This document shows, one piece after another, positions 34,054 through 38,693 of a stretch of 38,693 bases of DNA. The DNA lies in IMG/VR virus record IMGVR_UViG_3300032244_000449, positions 1-38,693 of that record. The stretch is one strand, 5' to 3'. The stretch is from a virus (taxonomy: Duplodnaviria > Caudoviricetes). A program made the position numbers and the translations under genes. The notes beneath the pieces are model-generated. The model was not told the origin of the DNA. It saw only the letters and a program-made list of their open reading frames with translations, and made no database searches. How positions within the stretch are numbered: position 1 is the first letter of the stretch; each line of letters starts with the position of its first letter.

Positions 34054-35604
34054 TCAGGAAGCAACATCCGACTCAGGCATGGTCGAATCATTTTCCGTTT
34101 CACCCATATCATCAGGGGCATCTTCCTCATCTTCGATGGGTGCCGGTTGAGCTTTACCGGACATATCGACCACTTCCGGATCAGTATCAAAAATCAGTTC
34201 CAACTCATCACAGAGTTCAACTTCTCTGCGGCGAGTTTCCAGCAATTCCTCAAGATCGCCACCGTTCTGCATGACAACATCGCGGAGCGTCATAAAACCA
34301 GAGCGAACCGCAGTCTTGTATGCAGAAATTTCCTTATTCGGATCGACCCAAGCCCATCCGCGCGGAATCCACCGAACACTTTCGTAACGGTTGCGGTCCA
34401 TCTCGTAACCGGCAAGATTCAGCGTGTTCGACAGCACTGCCATTTCCAGCCATGCTTCAAAAACCCGCTGATGGAACGCTTCGATCATCCAGCACTGCAA
34501 GGTGCGCCAGGTATCGCGATCATCGAGCAACGCCAGCCTGCTGCTGCTGTAGTTCGATTGCGAGTAATCTTTCGACAACGTCTCGTAGCTGACTCCAACG
34601 CCAGCCGATACGCCACGCAGCATGAACCGCATGAACGGATCGAGCAGGCCCGATGGCCGCGTTGGCGAAAACGGTGAGAATCGCTCGCCGGGAGCCAGAG
34701 TGCGAATCTGTCCAGGCTCAAACGTAGCTACACGCTCGCCATTGACAATCGCTTCGCCTTCAAACTGGGGGTCGGGCGTTTCGATGAATCCCATCTGGCA
34801 AGCGGATGCGCGAGCCGCAATGACTTCAGCCTCTTCAAACCCAGACATATGTCGCAGCCGCACCAACGCCGAGGCAAACCACGGCACTCCGCGCGTCTGG
34901 TCTGGCCTGTCAGTGCGAAACAAGTGAATCACTTCAGACGCCGGAACCCGAATCCTCGCCTGCGTTGCCGCGCGTCCACTGGTGGCGATATCGCCGGGAT
35001 GGAGCTTCCAGAAGTGATAGGCAACGGGACGCTGCCATTCGTCAACCTCGACGCCCATCCGGATTGTGTTTCCGGTCGTTACATCACTGCCGTTGAAGTT
35101 CTCATCGAGATAATCAGCCTCGATGACTTCCAATGCGAGCGGAATAGGCGACCGACCGAATGAACGGCGAATGATCCGGACAAACACCTCGCCAGACTCA
35201 GCCGTAGACCGGATCAGCAGGCGTTCGATCTCAGAGAAACACAGTTTTCCTGCGGTATGGCATGAGTCTGCGCGGCCCCAACGGTGCCATGCATCCTCGA
35301 TTGACTGATTCAGAATGGTATCGAGCGAACCCGCGCCACGCCCGCGAGCGCGCGATACCTGACTTTGCAGGCGAATCCCTTGACCGACCACATTGTTCTG
35401 GATCGCTCGCAGTGCGTTCGACACATAGTCGTTGTTGCGCGCCATGTCGCGGACACGGTTACGCAGCGTGGCAATCGCCATCCGCGCTTCAGAATCCTGG
35501 CTTGTACCGCTTGCGATCCAATCCGACATTGTGCGGCCCCATGCCGCACCGGCATACGCCCGCTTCTTTTCAACCTTTTTGGAAAACGGCCAGTACCATG
35601 CCAT
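34054..35604 (-). CDS. Portal protein, lambda family
   Basis: R...RNN, VVGQG, GE.F, MGVEVD, QTRGVP, NYSSSR, WVDP.KE. Confidence 0.95.
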   Translation of the reverse strand: MAWYWPFSKKVEKKRAYAGAAWGRTMSDWIASGTSQDSEARMAIATLRNRVRDMARNNDYVSNALRAIQNNVVGQGIRLQSQVSRARGRGAGSLDTILNQSIEDAWHRWGRADSCHTAGKLCFSEIERLLIRSTAESGEVFVRIIRRSFGRSPIPLALEVIEADYLDENFNGSDVTTGNTIRMGVEVDEWQRPVAYHFWKLHPGDIATSGRAATQARIRVPASEVIHLFRTDRPDQTRGVPWFASALVRLRHMSGFEEAEVIAARASACQMGFIETPDPQFEGEAIVNGERVATFEPGQIRTLAPGERFSPFSPTRPSGLLDPFMRFMLRGVSAGVGVSYETLSKDYSQSNYSSSRLALLDDRDTWRTLQCWMIEAFHQRVFEAWLEMAVLSNTLNLAGYEMDRNRYESVRWIPRGWAWVDPNKEISAYKTAVRSGFMTLRDVVMQNGGDLEELLETRRREVELCDELELIFDTDPEVVDMSGKAQPAPIEDEEDAPDDMGETENDSTMPESDVAS

Positions 35605-36170
35605 CAGCCGAATCTCACATACATCTGCCGAGGATCACCCAGTCCATTCGCCATCTGTTGTGCAGCCTTTTCCATGTAGACCTGTCGTTTCAGACTAGAC
35701 TCCAATGTCAGCAACTCAGACATTGCTTCCTTTCTGAGCCTGCGCGAACCGATTTGGTACTCAATTGTGGTCCCGCCAGAAATTCTGGAAGAAATTTCAG
35801 CCTGCACTGCTGCCAAATCGATCTCTGTCTGACTTCTGCCGTCAAATCCAGCAACTGCGGTCGCGAGATTCTTGATGATCCGCAGACTGCCGTTCCCAAT
35901 CGTGATGACCTGAGACGCCTTCGTTACCGTCGCCTGCCAAAAATAGTTAGCAGACAGAGAATCGTTCATCGCTCCGGTTTGAGCCGCAGACAGCGAGACT
36001 TCCCAACCCGAGCTATACGCGGTGCCGACCACATTGAACGTAGTCGGGCCACCAAAATAGTAGGTCAGTGTCCAATCGGCAGAGGTAATGGCATTGCCAA
36101 GACTGTCAGTGGTCGCGGAATCGCGCCACGTTACCGAGTTACCTTGGACAATTTCGGATGGAATTTCCAT
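35604..36170 (-). CDS. Head completion protein (C-terminal gpW-like) with N-terminal extension
   Basis: EYQIGSRRL...L...YVRF C-terminus; between terL and portal. Confidence 0.7.
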   Translation of the reverse strand: MEIPSEIVQGNSVTWRDSATTDSLGNAITSADWTLTYYFGGPTTFNVVGTAYSSGWEVSLSAAQTGAMNDSLSANYFWQATVTKASQVITIGNGSLRIIKNLATAVAGFDGRSQTEIDLAAVQAEISSRISGGTTIEYQIGSRRLRKEAMSELLTLESSLKRQVYMEKAAQQMANGLGDPRQMYVRFG

Positions 36171-36172
36171 GC

Positions 36173-38047
36173 TCACCAATTTGTGACAAATGATGATCTC
36201 GATGAAACGATACCCCCGCGTTGGGGTTTTTGCAATGTCGCTCCCTGCTCAGGGGTTCGTTTTTTAACCAGTTTCTTTTCCAACTGCTCCCAAATCGTTT
36301 TCCGGTTGTACCGAAAATACAGTGACTGCATCGCCGCCAGCGCATACACAAAACAGTCCAATGCTTCGTTTCGCGCACCCGACTTCTTGACCCATTCGCG
36401 CGTTGCGTAACCCCTAACGTATCGCGTCCTGAGCTTTTCTGAGGTCAATTGGTCGAAGTACTCACTACCAAGTCCAGCGTGAAAATGGATAAACCCGACC
36501 CCAGGCTCCGCGAGTTTCAACCGTGAATAGATCGTTGCTTTTGCGGTGTCGGTGCCGACCGGCCATACCTCCGCACCGTTTTTCAGCGTCTGTTGCCGCC
36601 AGTTAAGATCGACTTTTGTCGGTCTTCCGAGGATCGGTTTGTTTTTCAGCGACACGCCTTTTATCGCCATGACGTTCAGATGCTTGAACTCGCGCGCGAA
36701 CGCATAGACCTCATGCGTGAAGTGACCCCCCGAGTCGATGCAGGTCGCCGCGATCTGGATGCTCTCAAACTCATCATGCTCAATCGGCGTGGACAACAAG
36801 TTACCGGCCTGCTGCCAAACCTCTGGTCGCGCGGGATCACCAAAAATCTCGTCATGCCGCAGAACCCAAGCTTCCTCCCCAACACCAAACCCCAGAACCG
36901 TGATCGCAAGCCGGTTATCCTGCGTATCAATTCCCGCGACAATCGTCAGGACGCCTGCTGGTGCTGCGCCTGGACGGTAGAGTTCGACTCTATCCTGCAA
37001 CTCTCCCGCGCCAATCTTCGACGCGATCTCGTCTTCCCAGGTCTCTGCCAGGATCGTGTTTACGAACGTCTTGAGCAGAGGTGGATCGCCCTTTGCGCGC
37101 AGGAACTCATCCACGATTTCTGCCCATGACTTCCAGCCAAGCGGCGAGTACAGCGATGACAGGTGATAGCCCCGCGTCCTGCCATCCGAGGGCGCGGTCG
37201 CTCGCCACTTGCCCGCCAGCAGCATATCGGTCTTGTGTCGCTCCTCGATGACGCAGCCGTTGGCCTCGCAGGCGTAGACAACGGTTTTGGAATCACCGTC
37301 TTCCCACTTCAAATTCTTCCAGAGCAATTCCTGAGATGAGCCGCAGTGCGGGCACGGTACGAAAAACCGTCTCTGGTCACTTGCCAGATATTCTGCCTCG
37401 ATCCTGCTCGCATCGCGGATGGTTGGCGTCGAACACATAAATATCTTCCGGCGCGCAAAGGTCGTTGTGCGCCTTTCGGCCAGGTTGCATGGGTCGCCCT
37501 CGCCATCAAGGTCTGCCGGATAGGCATCAACCTCATCCAGAAACAAATACCGCACCGGCATGGAGCGCAATCCAACCGCAGAATTGGCTCCCGTGATCAT
37601 CAGGAATCCACCGGGGAATTCCTTTGCCATCATGGTGTTTCCCGAATCTCGAGATCGGGAGTCCGCGACTTTTCCCCGCAATCGAGGAGTTTCCTCAATC
37701 ATTGGCGCAAGTCGTTGCTTCGACAATCGCTTCGCCATATCTACTGTCGGTTGCACCATCATCAGCGGCCCCGGTGCCATATCGATGATGAACCCGCACC
37801 AGTTGTTTCCGGTTTCGGTCTTGCCGACCTGTGCCCCCGCCATAAACACAACTCGCTGAGTCGGATCGCCGGGAGACAATGAATCCAGAATCTCGCGGAG
37901 ATATGGCGTCCGATCTGTTCGCCATCGACCAGGTTCTGCCGACGCCTTCTGGCTCAGAAATCGAAACTCATCTGCCCATGCGGACACGGTCAAATCTGGA
38001 TCGGGTGTCAGTCCATTGAAAAACGCGCCGCGATACACCTCACTCAT
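36173..38047 (-). CDS. terL: Terminase large subunit, lambda GpA family
   Basis: RTPY, AQVGKTE, LDEVD, STPT, CPHC, GIDTQ, IDSGG, RNEALDC; ATG 38047 overlaps the terS stop. Confidence 0.96.
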   Translation of the reverse strand: MSEVYRGAFFNGLTPDPDLTVSAWADEFRFLSQKASAEPGRWRTDRTPYLREILDSLSPGDPTQRVVFMAGAQVGKTETGNNWCGFIIDMAPGPLMMVQPTVDMAKRLSKQRLAPMIEETPRLRGKVADSRSRDSGNTMMAKEFPGGFLMITGANSAVGLRSMPVRYLFLDEVDAYPADLDGEGDPCNLAERRTTTFARRKIFMCSTPTIRDASRIEAEYLASDQRRFFVPCPHCGSSQELLWKNLKWEDGDSKTVVYACEANGCVIEERHKTDMLLAGKWRATAPSDGRTRGYHLSSLYSPLGWKSWAEIVDEFLRAKGDPPLLKTFVNTILAETWEDEIASKIGAGELQDRVELYRPGAAPAGVLTIVAGIDTQDNRLAITVLGFGVGEEAWVLRHDEIFGDPARPEVWQQAGNLLSTPIEHDEFESIQIAATCIDSGGHFTHEVYAFAREFKHLNVMAIKGVSLKNKPILGRPTKVDLNWRQQTLKNGAEVWPVGTDTAKATIYSRLKLAEPGVGFIHFHAGLGSEYFDQLTSEKLRTRYVRGYATREWVKKSGARNEALDCFVYALAAMQSLYFRYNRKTIWEQLEKKLVKKRTPEQGATLQKPQRGGIVSSRSSFVTNW

Positions 38048-38603
38048 CTGCCTTGATCTCCGCAATGGCAGTCCGAATCTCGTCACTTAGCTTCTTGTGG
38101 ATCAGAAACGGATCGCTGATTCCGGCGATTTCTGCCGCGATGCGATCAGCGATACCAAACATTGAGTCGCGCACGATCCTGGCTAGCCGAAATGCCTCCT
38201 TTTTGACGCTTTCGACGGGCACCAATTTGCCGATTTTCTCCTCGTACTCGATCTGAGCCAGTTTGGCGCGGAATGCCGCCTCGACCGTCTTGGATTCCAA
38301 CAGGGTCGGCACGGCATTGGGGTCGATTCCGACCGCGATAGCCTTCTCAACCACATCCTCTTTCAGTTTTTTCTGACGTTGCTTCATGGTGGAGTGCCAG
38401 CCAACGACAGGATTGGTGTTTGCCGCCCAAAGTTGATCTGCCAGTTCGACATCCAATTTGCCGTCTGGGTGGATGGCGGCAGTGAGCCTCCCTTCGCGAC
38501 ACGCCTTGTGAACTGCCTGCTTGCTGATTCCTCTCATCTGCGCGTAGACGGCTTTGCTGACATTAAGTGTCTCTATCTGCCCTTTTTTGTCACTTTTGGT
38601 CAT
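38040..38603 (-). CDS. terS: Terminase small subunit (Nu1-like)
   Basis: N-terminal HTH (YAQMRGISKQAVHK), AKLAQIEY..G.LV; directly upstream of terL. Confidence 0.85.
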   Translation of the reverse strand: MTKSDKKGQIETLNVSKAVYAQMRGISKQAVHKACREGRLTAAIHPDGKLDVELADQLWAANTNPVVGWHSTMKQRQKKLKEDVVEKAIAVGIDPNAVPTLLESKTVEAAFRAKLAQIEYEEKIGKLVPVESVKKEAFRLARIVRDSMFGIADRIAAEIAGISDPFLIHKKLSDEIRTAIAEIKADE

Positions 38604-38615
38604 TTTTTAATCAAT

Positions 38616-38693
38616 CCTGACAAGCTTTGTCAGGTCGATGGTAAACGATTTTACCTTTTTGGCACTAGTGAAATTCCGGGGTCGCGCGTCACC
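38616..38693. promoter_or_regulatory. Putative cos-proximal region with two palindromes
   Basis: CCTGACAA-gct-TTGTCAGG (38616-38634), GGTAAA-cgat-TTTACC (38640-38655); terminus reads GGTGACGCGCGACC on the minus strand. Confidence 0.45.

Larger units (their letters stand above)
1..38693. mobile_element. Lambda-like siphophage genome, complete or nearly complete, linearised near the packaging site
   Basis: Full set of packaging, head, tail, lysis, recombination and replication genes; no host genes; terS starts 90 nt from the right end. Confidence 0.93.

Noticed and set aside
35262-36410. 382-aa plus-strand ORF
   Set aside because: Antisense to portal, gpW-like and terL; no recognisable domain
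1-38693. Alternative genetic code or intron/intein
   Set aside because: All core genes are intact in the standard code; no intein or homing endonuclease motifs noticed in terL, helicase or primase

Overview
The window looks like a complete or nearly complete genome (~38.7 kb) of a long-tailed lambda-like siphophage, probably infecting Proteobacteria, opened at or next to its packaging (cos-like) site. The minus strand from 38603 to 11410 is one late operon: terS, GpA-type terL, gpW-like, lambda portal, protease-capsid fusion, FII-like, an inserted block of six accessory virion genes, U-like, tube, G/GT (with a -1 frameshift), tape measure, M, an extra gene, L, K, I, J, two fibre genes and a lysis cassette. 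A short plus-strand operon (9328-11289) encodes ExoVIII-like, Sak4-like and Xis-like proteins. A minus-strand operon (9217-3057) encodes SF2 helicase, mini-SSB, DUF3310, VRR-NUC, several tiny coupled ORFs, an XRE HTH and a primase-helicase, followed by an iteron/IHF/microsatellite origin candidate. A sigma70 promoter then drives a gpZ-like gene and a C5 methyltransferase with a nested alternative-frame gene. No integrase, CI-type repressor, spanin, tRNA or CRISPR array was seen. The most unusual aspect is an apparently modular virion-appendage system: a 12-repeat beta-strand scaffold protein, short hydrophobic terminal peptides, and one ~70-aa domain inserted into several tail proteins. All product calls come from motif recognition and synteny, not database searches.
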